NCBI GenBank assembly: GCA_977030845.1
Contig: OZ365114.1
Coordinates: forward strand, 18,848,001 to 18,912,000
DNA length: 64,000 nt
Direction: 5' to 3'
DNA from: Fimbriosthenelais zetlandica
Lineage: Eukaryota
Positions within the stretch are counted from its first letter, which is position 1. Every line of letters starts with the position of its first letter. A program made the translations under genes and the position numbers. The notes beneath the pieces were generated by a model. The model had not been told where the DNA came from. It saw nothing but the letters and a program-made list of their open reading frames with translations, and made no database searches. Positions 50,701-62,770 of this stretch are shown here, one piece after another.

Positions 50701-53470
50701 TAATATTACAAGATTACCAGGTTAATATCAAACCTAATCCCACACGTTTAGAGGGTTGAAAATTAAGACCTGTGTTATTTCTCACACTGACCAGATGGTT
50801 TAACCGCGGTTGGTCAGTGAATGGTCAAGCAGCTCGAGTGTTTGCTCTACTCGACCTTTGCTCCGGCCAGTCTGCTGGTCAGTAGCTGGTCACTCAATGT
50901 CCTGTATGGAGCATCAATATGGCCACCATGCTTGACCAATAACCGTGAAATCTGTGGACATAACAGTTCCCTTGATATTGAGGTTTTTACTTGGTGTATC
51001 GCTCTTTCATTGCCTTTCTCATACTTTAATGTATTTCTAAAGCGTTACTTGCAAAATTAGACAAAAATTATAGTTCATGTTTATGATTGCTGAAGTTGAA
51101 ATCCATGATACTTAGTAATTCTCCTGAAGCTAACCAAATTAAAAATTGCAGATGACCGACTAAAAAAACTAATAATGAAATAGGAAACAATTCCATCATG
51201 CTTAACAGATTGCATTCATATTAGGAATCTTCCATCATTGCCATCTTTAAGGTTCTAGACCAATTAACTTTCATCAGTTGGTGGTTTCGCATGCTCCGCT
51301 TGCAGATTGCATTCGTTACTGTTCTTCTTTGCCTATGTACACCCCCTCTCAGTCACCCCCTATCATTCACCACCCACTGACAACTCTGTCACCTCCTCCT
51401 TAATTGACTTACAAATATTTGACTGAGGCACAATAGGTGAGAGGTCAAGCTATAGAAAACTGACCACCAAAATAGTGGGTAGCAGTTCTATGGCTATTTG
51501 CATTTTATGATAAAAAGTAAAGCATAAAGGTGATGCCCTCTAACTTTTATTGGAGGAATGGTTGACGGTTTTAAAACCAAAATCGTATTGCTTTCCAAGA
51601 AGATATCAGTATTAGATTTCAAAGGACCATGGTATTCTGTAGGCCTACAGAGGCCAATCCTTCTTTATCTTTTATGTGGCCAAAATGAATAATTTAATGT
51701 GCCAAAACATAATTTTGTAAGTTACCCTGGGTCTAAAGGTACTTCTCCCCTTTGCTGATTGTTCAGTGAGGATGTAGGAGCTTTGCCCCTTCTGTCCGCT
51801 CATCAGTGGGGGTCATTCTCCTTCCTGATAATGAACCCTCTACGACCACCAACTGGCCACTGAGCACTGCCCAATAAACAAAAATAAAACTGTCAAAGCT
51901 ATACTGGAAACTTACAAAATGATTGTGGAGCCAAACATCATCAGAATTCCAGTGAAAGGCCAGTGGCACGAGCCTGTATATGGAGGGTAAATGTAGAGAT
52001 GTGTGGAGGAAAGCTTGAGGCTAATTATAGAGTATTGAGCTCAGTTGATGGGGCTTGTGGATTAGGGCAGGAATGATTGTTTCATGAGGGCCGTGTAGGC
52101 GTGCATTTGATGGAGAAATTAAAACGCAGCAAGGGATATACTCGACACATGTCCAGGATGGAACTTCTAACGGTCATCCCTTATGAAGTGGCTTTCATTT
52201 TCATCCCTGTTTGAATTTGTTCCACCCTGATGGTATATTGAAAACACGGAGTATTGATCTTATTCGTTGGACATTTTGTGTTCATTGGTTTGATGTTCTT
52301 CCGTTGTTTCCTCTAAAACTTAAAGGGTCAGGAGTTTTCTTTCAAAGCAGAAGTTATTTCTGCCATTATGAAAACTATTCTGTTTAACTGAATCATACTT
52401 TTAATAAAGGTAAGAAATTCTTGTTTGAGGCAATCAATCTTCGTCATACGAGGGCATTTTGGAAATTTCAAACTTTTATTATGTGTATTAGGGTCATTGA
52501 TAATGAGGTCATTTTAGCCATCTGTGATGATTAAGGTGACCGTGAAGGGCAGTGTGTGGTTACAGGGAAAATACATGAGTAATGTACACTCTACCTCAAA
52601 CATGTCAGAGGACACGCGTGGACAATCATAGCTTCATACACTGCATGCCAACCCCTGACCACACGCCTGGCCACTCACTGACCCCTCCCCTCCCTCCCTG
52701 ATAATATCTATATCAATCATTCTGTGATAAATATGGTATTAATGCTAAGAATAACATATATGCTCGGCAGGCATGAATGGTTAATAAGTCGCAGAAGGTT
52801 GACTTTTGTGGTGGGGCATGGAGAAAAATGGCGACCTTTGGCCGAGTTGCTGGGGCTGGCTTGCACTGGGTTAAAGGAATGGAAGGTGGTTAAAAGTATG
52901 CGGGTTTATTAATGATAGAGGTTGTAATGAACCTACTCATTGAAATCATGAACCCATGGATTAACTACGTGTTCAGGGAGATTCTGCTGATATAAAGACA
53001 AACCAATTGGTTTGTCTTATTTTTCATCAATATACATACGCTTAAGGCAGAAACGCATGAACCTCTATATTTTCTATAATATATAATTGATATTAATAGC
53101 TACATCATGACTTTCTGACCCTACAGTACATGTGACTTTAACATTGCATGGTAGTAGGCAGACACAAAAGCCTTGCTAGTAGATGTCATCAGGTCCACTG
53201 CAGCAGGCAGGACAGAAAAAACACTGCCAACTGGAGCTTTGGCATATACATGGTCAGATGTCAAATGATAAGATCTTTCAGAAGTACCCGGCCCGCTATG
53301 TTTAATGTTGAATGCTTACATTTCTTTGTTCCTGTTAAGGAAACACCTTTTCTATATCCATATTACCCAGTCCTCTTGTATGCGATATTATGTTAGTTTC
53401 TCTAAATCTAGCAATTATGGGTAGAAATATTGCAATATCAATCAAACTCAATAACTATAATGAAGTGAGA

Positions 53471-53549
53471 TTAAAGCTCCACAATGTGAGGTTTAAAAAA
53501 AATCATAACTTCTGAGCTTTCACTTTCGAAAACACTTGAGGAGCTTCAA
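53471..53549. mobile_element. Possible 71-bp miniature inverted-repeat element with TTAA/TCAA flanks (Kolobok-like)
   Basis: TTAA-AGCTCCACAATGTG ... CACTTGAGGAGCT-TCAA: imperfect 13-14 bp terminal inverted repeats with AG..CT termini. Confidence 0.35.
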
Positions 53550-55550
53550 GGCAATTAATTGCCACCAGCCGGTTCCTTTTTAAGAATTCATTTTATAAAA
53601 AACATCCTTGTTGACCTTTAATTACAGCTCTTATGAAATCCATAATAATATCTAGGCTCGTAAACTTCCAAAAACGACAAGTTAGAGAGCACGCTTCAGA
53701 GACAGAAGAGTTCATCTCAGACTTGCAATGTGTCTTCAGCGGACTTCAAAAATTGACTTGTCAGAGTGCTGAAGGTCAGTTGATCTCTCAACCTTTGAAA
53801 AACTGCCTTTTATTGAAGCCCGCATATTTCCATAAGACCCGAGCGACCAGCTGACCCCGCTTTTAAATTGAACAACTGGGCCTTTCTTTTGTGAGAAGTA
53901 ACTACCATTGTCATCATGTGCCTGAACCTCAAGTAGCAGGGAGTGGTCTTGTGCGCGGGACTACTTTTTGTTCGCGGAGACCTTTCCGGCGCGGGTGTGA
54001 AACTTGAAAAAAGGAAGTCAAGTGCGGGTTAGTTTTAATGTATTCCTTGGCCTGCGACCGTTCCTAGAGCCAGTCGACAAAACCAAGTGACGTGTAGGAT
54101 GAAATATGAGCTCTAAACTTGGAATTGGCCACTGAGGGGGCGGAACTAAAGACGGTGATGGGCGGTGCCCCACCTGCCGTGGGCCTCTGAACTAAGGGTT
54201 TAAAATAAACATATTACCTCGATATCGTCTGGGCATTCCCGCCCATTCCCCTCACTGGCTTCACCAGAGTATTGTCATTGCACTGCTCGTATAGAGCCTG
54301 TGAAGACAGGGAAAAATGGTTCCTGAAAACTCAATGGGTTTCTAAGTGATCCTAGGAGGGAACCAACTGGCGCATGTTGGGCTACTCCTCCACCCTCGTC
54401 AAACTTTTACACCCCCAACTGCGCCCCGCTATTGTGTTGGGGTTTCACGTTGATTCCAGCCCTTTCCGTCTCTAGGAGTGTTGTGCTAACATAACTCAAT
54501 TATTTATCAATATTTCAACTCCATGCTATTCCTGCTTTTCACAACGTTTATTTACTCTCTCCCACTTGTGCACACATGACTGTGGATAGTGCCTCATGTT
54601 GCCCACATATTTAGTTGTGCCCGTTTAATTTGCTACACATGGCGCTACTTTTTTGCTTAAATTAAATTTCCGATTTTTTAAAGCAAAAAACTGATGTGAT
54701 AATGACGTAGGATATTAATGGCATGTGATGTCCATTGGCCTACTCCTAATCCACTAGAGCAAAATATCAGCCTAAAGCTCCGAAATAACATATCCTGCAG
54801 AACAATGAAACATTGAACAAATTGTACATGTATGTACTTATACTCTTGCTTTGTTTATATCAGGATGTGTAGTTTATAAGTATGCTGGAATAATTCATTG
54901 AGGGATTTTGGCCTTATACAAGTTGAAATATTGCAGACAATTAGTCTCCTATTGGTTGTAGTGCGACCCGGAGGGGCACTCTGAATTTGGGTACTAGTGC
55001 TCTTTCCCTTTTCCTTAAACATCAACATGGCCAAAATATTCAGACATATTTTACATTATAATTTGCTAATTATTATTTTGATTAAGTACTTACATTATGT
55101 CTTGACTAGGAAGGTTGTGAACCCAATATCCAACACACATAATGAATTATAGATCAATCGAAAGAGGAAACTTTGTAGTTACTGAAGAAATGCAGAGTAC
55201 TAATTCCGTTTTACTTTAGAGTGAGTAGGTGTAATCTTTGTCAACAGTTAACTCTTCTCCCATAACCCATAAGCCAATTGTGAAATCCATCGAGGTTCTG
55301 AAGATTTAATCTGTTGGGAGAGATCCACGCAGTGGTTCAAGATCTAGAGACTAAGCCATATAACTTATGACGCAAAATTCTACGATATGTGTAACCTTTA
55401 AAGCCTACTGACAACTGGTATGAATACCCTCTGCTATAATGGTATGCTAATACTGTAATAGGCCTATGCCTAAAAGGAACCCATGCAGGTACGTGCCCCT
55501 CTTGAGGCCCCCTTAATCCCCAGGGAGTTGAAAGTGAAGTGAAATATGAG

Positions 55551-55710
55551 GTTCAGTGCTGATTGGTTGAATCTCACAGAGCGGGAAAAATTTCGCGCGG
55601 AGACAGTTCAGTTGTGATTGGTTGAATCTCACAGAGCGGGAAAAATTTCGCGCGAAGACAGTTCAGTTGTGATTGGTTGAATCTCACAGAGCGGGAAAAA
55701 CTTTCGCGCG
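55551..55710. repeat. Tandem 55-bp repeat x3, each unit carrying an inverted CCAAT box and two E2F-type sites
   Basis: GATTGGTTGAATCTCACAGAGCGGGAAAAATTTCGCGC starts at 55561, 55616 and 55671 (the third has a 1-nt insertion). Confidence 0.92.
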
Positions 55711-56629
55711 GGGACCGGAGGCGCATGCGTAGGCTACTGTCGCCTTAGGTCGAATTAGGCCTAGATATATTATCTAGCTCATAGATGGTGAAGTAGGCCT
55801 ATACACATCTTTAACGTTAAAAGGGGTTACATATACAGGGGTCAGAAATAATAGTGGAATATAATTATGAAGGCTGGACTGTATCTCTGTTACCAGCCTC
55901 TGCCCCATCTAGCATAAGTCGAACTGACTACCCCAATATTTCAATCTTTCACCGCTCGCATATATGTGCCTTCGGCACTCATATGTTGCGTCTACAAGAG
56001 GGAGACAATATGGTAGACACCATCTTGGACTTGTTTGTAGAAAAAACTGCGCGTCCAATTGAAATTGTGAAGATTCTGAAGATTTAACACATACAATGCA
56101 AAGATATACAACACATATCAATCAACAGGGGCCTTCCACAGATCAGAGACGAGAAAAGATGCGGGGAAATCGTGGCCTCAGACTGAATTCTTAAAACTAA
56201 ATAATACAGAAGTCCTGAAAAAAAACATCTTAATTCTACAGTCTGAAATAAAATACCCTAGAACAAAAGGCAGGCCCTCAGAATAATCATATAAATATAA
56301 ATAATATATAAAAATAGAGAGGTAGCATACATTAGATGCCCCTCTCCACTCTCTCACGTTTCGTCCGCTCTTCATCCAGCGATGAGCCATCCACAGTGAC
56401 ACCATGAGTTATTCATGAGCTATAATGATGAGCAGTAACTAGTTCATTCATGACCAAGCCATGAGTATTTGTCCATTCACGTAATGTGAGAACTTAGGAG
56501 GGTGAGGGGAGTCGCTGGTATCAGATTCTCAGGTTGGGTAGGTGGGCTGGAGGTGTACGTCAAGGTAAACGACCAAGCTCAGGTGTGATTGTAGAGGCAG
56601 GTGTGAACGGTTGTGAAGGTGTGGCCAGG

Positions 56630-56765
56630 TGTAGTGTAGTTTTTTTCTGGTAAGGCGATATAACGTCCACACAACACCCTGAGGAGGGATGCACTGAAAA
56701 TACCATGTCCCAGCTTGGGGATTGAACCGCCGACCCTCTGATCCGGGTACACCTAGTTCACTCCA
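56630..56765 (-). mobile_element. tRNA-derived SINE-like remnant
   Basis: Minus-strand Pol III B-box GGTTCAATCCC at 56718-56728, followed by a short body and an A-rich/CTACA tail. The A-box is degenerate. Confidence 0.45.
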
Positions 56766-57229
56766 TCTGGAAAAAGAATTATTACGAAATAATGAAATAA
56801 TAATGTTCATGAATTTATTGTGTAATATTTCTGGGTGGTTAATTAAAATGTATAAAATTTTACTGAATAGGCCTACTGTAGCCTAAATGGGAATCTAATA
56901 TTTCTAAATTCAAAATCACTACTGTAGGCTATATGTGTTTTTTTTCACATTTTCATGTCAGGGGTGACTCGATCGCCTCTAGAGCTCCGCCATTTTGGTT
57001 CTGCACCTTTCTTTAATTTGTTCTAGTACGTATTGTACCATATCATCCGCTTCCGAGTTTACCACAGACATCCAAACAATGTTAACTAACATAATAATGT
57101 GACAATACAACAGTACTGACCTTTTATGATGGATATTTTGATGTTTTTTGAGTAAGGCAGTGGTCGGGCGTGCATCACGTGTAGTTCCTCCTCTGCTCTC
57201 GATCACGTGGTGGCAGCACCGGACGAGAT

Positions 57230-57540
57230 TAGCGGTTTTGTTGTGAGCGATAATAGAGGATTTGGCCAACGAGTCGGAACGAACATAATAGACTTCACTA
57301 GCTATAAGCGGTGAGTCTCTCAGAGGGATTCCCTATTTATTCTTTGACGCTACATACCTCTGTATATTTTCAGAGCAAAGAAAAAACCTGAAACATACCC
57401 GGATGGGAATCCCGAGAGTGACTTCATCGGTAGGCCTGGGGCAGAAGACCGCCAACATTGAATGACAACAGACCTCGTGGACACTCCTTCAACTGTCTCT
57501 TCAACAGTCTCCACATGACTATCTTCTAAATATCCTACAA
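57230..57540 (+). ncRNA. Candidate spliced non-coding transcript or 5'UTR exons
   Basis: Donor GCG|GTGAGT at 57311, 63-nt intron ending TTTTCAG at 57373, exon 57374-57540 with stops in all three frames, donor CAA|GTAAGT at 57541. Two ATCACGTG boxes lie just upstream (CACGTG at 57176 and 57204). The start coordinate is approximate. Confidence 0.35.
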
Positions 57541-59263
57541 GTAAGTAGCCTATATCTTTCCGTAAGGAATATAGACCTCATATGCTATATTTCTAACAAT
57601 ACAGTATTAAAGTTGACCGTCCGGTGGCGCCTCGTGACGTGTACGCCAAACGAAGGAACTAAGATATGGAACTGGGAATTGATAGGGGCGTCGCTTGGAA
57701 TGTTGACACGGCGTTTGTGTATCTAAGAAAGCACCCAAATGACCCAAACCAAAAAACTGTGGGTAGATTTTTATTAAGAATTCATCGTTTCTAAAAGAAC
57801 AGAGTTATGCTGCATATAAAACTGTAAATTGCTGGAGATTAGGAATGTTTTCGTGAGCGATAATAAGGGATTTGGCTTTAGTTCCTACTTCAGCCGTGGG
57901 CGGCGCCTATATACAGTCTCTCCCTAACCTGCCAAGCAGAGAAATAACCTATCCCATACATTACAGTATAGTCCAGCGTTGTGCCCGTTATTTAACTACC
58001 ATAGTTATTTATCTATAGTTAACTATAGACCCCTCCGCCATTAAGATTCAAAGAAGGTCAACTTCCACATTTCATATCATTTATTCCAGACAATCAAAAT
58101 AAACGAAATTGAACACCGCATTGATAGCATGTCATTGTGTACAAACCTTTGAAAGCCTGAGAAAGCATGCATCACAGGTTTAAGGTTCATAATAAAATCT
58201 TCATACTTCTTAATAATTCAATAATTAAAATAATCAATGAATCTGGAGTCAATGCAGCTGAAATTCTTCTCTATGTACAAATCCCACCTTCAAGTCTTTA
58301 TGAATATTCACTCCAACAAAGAATATTAATTTCATAATGTAATTCCTTTGGAGGAAAATGTTACAATACATTTACATTGCAGTTAGTGTAATCTTCTTAG
58401 CAGATAGACTGAAGGAAGCCCTTGGATTGATTTACATGTTACATCCAATTACATGGAATATCATAATATAATCACGTAATATTGCAATCAATCATCTATC
58501 TAGTTAGTGCCCATCAAACGTCAGGAAATCATACTGAGAAAATTCACGCTAGAAAAGATTGAGCAATACAGATGAAGGAACATACTAACTACGAGCTTTA
58601 TCAACTTTTTAGAAGAATCAGGAAGTTGTTTCATAAAAATACATTCCAGATTTTCCCATATATATATGTCAGAGTTGGTTCATGAGCAACTGTCACTAAC
58701 GATTATTATTATGAGACGGACCACTATCAACAGCGGCATAGATCACAAATTATGACAACTAAAATAAAATGCGATTGACTTAGGTAGGGAGAAATATTTC
58801 CTGTAGCAATTTAGAAACTGAGCTAACGAGATATCACTAATTAATATCTTATAAATTAAAAGTATTCAAGTGACACATTTTCAGGTTTAGAGCGATTAAA
58901 ACAGGCAGTTATAACTAAAACTACAGTCATTTGCCTGGATTCATGGAGAATCCAGTATGATTATTTCCATTCTTTTACGTTTCATTTCGATTCTTAGAAA
59001 AGTTTGGTCCTTGCAGAAATTAAGATATAAGCACTTTGCTTGGCTTACTGGGTTTATATCGAAAATACTTAAATCTGGATATAATCGAAATGTCCAAGCG
59101 GATCAGACGAAAAATGCTGATATAGAGACTGAGATTTCATATATGATGTAGATTATGCTTTTGAAGGCCCCTTAACGTTCTAGACTGTTATCAAACTTTT
59201 GACTACTACTATAATATGATCTAATGAGCATGGCAAATGGTACACATGATTTATAGATCAATC

Positions 59264-59314
59264 TCTAAGAGACAAATAGACTTTACAATTTCTAAGAGAC
59301 AAATAGATTTTACA
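59264..59314. repeat. 27-bp tandem duplication
   Basis: TCTAAGAGACAAATAGA(C/T)TTTACA at 59264 and 59291. Confidence 0.85.
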
Positions 59315-59645
59315 TCTCTTCACAGTCAACTTCAACATACCGTAAAATTCCCGCCAGTACTCTCCTTAAACTCTTTCAAAAGCAAATAATTCACAGTCAC
59401 AATGTTGCAATCTCAAAGTCGCACTGGAACTTGAAAAAGAACCCAGCTTGTTTAGACCTGGGTTTTTTTCATTCAGGTCATGGAGTGTATCATTTCTATA
59501 TGCATCTGACCAATGACATTATAATATCTGCAGCCCGCGCCTTGAATGCATTAGGAACAGATGCAGCTCATTATAGGCCCCTCCAAAATGTACATTATTC
59601 TGATATGCAACGAGATTCAATTTACCCAACGCCGTCTCTTACCCA

Positions 59646-62600
59646 TTAGACCCTGGTCTCTGTGAAATTCCAGGTTTGAGACTCATGCATATGTTCCAAG
59701 AATACGACATTAGACTCGCTTAGCGACCTGCGCTTTACGACAATCTCAAACCGGTCCGTGTCTGAGTTGTGGAGAAATATCGGCCTTTGTTTGGCTTTCT
59801 CCATGGAAGGTGTCCTCCACCTTTTGGTTTGGGCTTGGTTGATCGGCGTCTTGGGCCTTTGCAGTTTTGTCAACGGAGAGGTCTCAGTGCACACCTCAGG
59901 ATCTGTGTCCTGCAAATGATTCACAGTAAATTAGTAAACTTCGTGCAGATAGTTAGATTGGGGGCCTAAAATTAAAGTTAGGTTACGCATAGATAATTAT
60001 TCTACTTTGGGAAAGAAAGTCATGAAGAGAGTTTAAGAAATAAAAGAGATGGGGGCTAACAGTGAGAGATGACGTTAGACTCTACATGTTTATAAACTAA
60101 AGAGACTACAAAAATGAATTAAAGAAATGGAAAAATATTTACTTCCGAACTTAATTACAGTATTTTACTTTACTTGCATACAATTTTTGTCAATGGTAAT
60201 GATAATCCCATTACTTTTAATATTTATTATTGTCATGGCCTTAAAAATGTTGCTGGTGGCAAATTGCAATTGATTTTAATTCCGTAGAAAAGTAGTACAG
60301 AAAAACTTGGTTATAATATTATGATGAACATTGAACAGGCCGCATCAGGATGGCAATAGGCTACTACAGAGTTAGAAGAGATAGATTAGATGATAGAGAG
60401 AGGAGGGATTGAAGAGCTATAGGCATGAAAGCAAAAAAAGGCATCTATGGATTAGCTACTATCACACTAAAGACTGATATAGACAAAGTTGCATAATTTG
60501 TAACAACCGACAACGATTACAGTTATAAACAGCAATATGACCAAACTGCACAACTGCATTCAGGGCAATATCAGAGCATTATGAAATCAGATGCATCTCT
60601 CTGACACAGTCCTGTCTGTCTGGAGGTGCATCTTGGTCAAGGTTAAGACATATATAAAACACATTGATCTGCAATAAGCAAAAAACTCTGAACTCACTGA
60701 ATCCATTGCTGGCAATTAACAAAAGTCATTCAGCTCTGGAATCTTAATTCATGGAATACAATTTCTGAAATATGTCACTTCTTAAAACATTAAGCTTTCT
60801 CTTGTTTTCATCTCGCATTTTGTTAGCATTTACTGTTTTCTACTCGTGGATAATCTATTTTTTACTTGTCATCTTTGAGGACTTGATATATTACTAAAAT
60901 GGATATATTATCTTTAAAATCGCCCGGAGGGCAGTGAAAAGTAACTGAACATGATTAAAACATGAATGTAAGGCGACATGTTAAATATGTTAGAAGGACC
61001 AGGCGATCATGCCTAAAACTTACACGACAAGTACCATCACGGGAATGGTCCTTCTTCCCAGAACCAGAAGTGCCCTCTTGGGGTTCTGATACCACCGACG
61101 AGGCACCGCTGGTCCCTATAGAGGAGCGCCTGCCAGCCGCTCCAGGATCTCCACCTTTTGATGAATGTGACGATGATGACACAGAGAAGAGCGATGACAC
61201 ATCCAAGCTCGCAGCACGTTTATGGAACCTCTCTCGTAGAGTTGAAGAACGCGATGTGGGTTCTTTGGTTTCTTTGGGTTCCTTGGCTTTCTCTGGAGTC
61301 TCAAATGTTGAAGGTGCTGCTGCTCTGCCAGCCTGTAGCCCTGCCTGCATGACAGACTTTCTTATTGGAGATTCATCTACACTCCTTGACTTCTTGGAGA
61401 ATAGTTTTCTTCTGTCTTTTACTGAAGAGAAGAAGTAGGATAACCTCGATTCCTTCTTTTCTTCTTCCTTGTGCTTTCCCTTATCTTTCTCCTTCCTGTG
61501 TTTCCCGATTGGAATGACAACTTGCTTTCCATCTTGATCCTGCTTTGCTGGGATTGGTGCAACAGTCGCAGTTTCAGGTTTTATATCTACATCAGCCAAT
61601 GTCCTTGTAAGATCCTCATGCTTGTCTCTGCGGCTTTTCCTCGGCCAGGAAAAGTAGGCCTGTTTTTCTGGTGGGTAGTTCTCATAGAACTGTTTTCTAG
61701 CCCGCTCAGCCTGACGTCTCACAGCTGGAGTGTTACTCACCTCGTGTGAAGTTTGTGCCAGTTCAGACTGGCCGGGAATGATAGTCATTTCTCCAACACG
61801 AATAGAAGCTGGCAGTGTCTGGGATTTGGGAGCATCATCATAGACAGTATCAAGCTGTTTGGGACAGAAATGGGCATTGGGATGATTTCTTTCTGCATCA
61901 GGTGGCATCCAGTTTGGATCATCTCTGTAGCTGTCCACTGACATGCTTTTGACCAGCAAACGCATGCCCCTCTGTTGCCTGTCCTCAATCGCTTCTATGC
62001 TTCCTTCCCTTTTCATCCGGTCTGCCATATTCTCCTCCTGATCAGTCTGTTCCTGTTCAATGGCACTGAGTTTCTCGTAGAGTTTCTGCAGGTGTCTTTC
62101 AGGCATGGCTATCTCACGGTCAGCAGATGCAGTCACCCTCCTGGGAGTCCTGGAAGGTGTAATCAGGAAACTTGGTGGTGCGACTGGATATGGTGTGATC
62201 TTGCGCACACCATGTCGCCGTTCAGGACTGGCATCACGGGATGAGTAGGCACTTTGTGTGCCTGAGGCGTACATAGAGCTGCGAGCTGATCCTGGCCTGG
62301 ACAGTCGACTTGTGGTGCTCGTGATCTGAACATCGGGTATCTGTACTGAGTGAACTCTCCTGAAGCTAGACCGAGATCGATGGTTTACTTGTTCATGATG
62401 TGGTGTTTCTTGGATGGGGGTTGGAGGTGGTGGAGGTTTGGCACTCACGATGTGATAATCTGACAGTTCTTGGGCAGGTGTGTTACATAGTGTTTCCTCC
62501 TGTTCTGCTAATTCAATATAGTCTCTGTAATCTTCTACTTCTGATGTTGATAGAGATCTGTAAAGAATTAAAAGATATCCCTGTTCATTTTCAAATAATT

Positions 62601-62770
62601 GAAACAGCGAATCATTGTGGGCCAAGATGCTCATTTGCAACTGACTTTCAAATCATTGTTGATAGAAAACAATCTTACCTTCTGAAGGCAGGTGGTGCTT
62701 TTGGACGGTCCTCACGTTTAATGTCAGTTTTGCTCAGATTTTCGGCTAATTGTGATATATGTCGAAGAGC
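59646..62770 (-). CDS. 3' exons of an unidentified protein with a long Ser/Arg/Lys/Glu-rich disordered tail and C-terminal PDZ-binding motif (ETRV); 5' end unresolved
   Basis: Minus-strand exons 62770-62679 (ALRHISQLAENLS..PPAFR), 62557-61024 (1534 nt, open) and 59909-59646 (DTDPEV..NFTETRV*). Splice sites are canonical and phase-compatible (AG|GTAAGA, TTTACAG, CGT|GTAAGT, TTTGCAG). The first 28 aa and last 22 aa of track ORF 60955-62640 are intronic. Confidence 0.85.
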
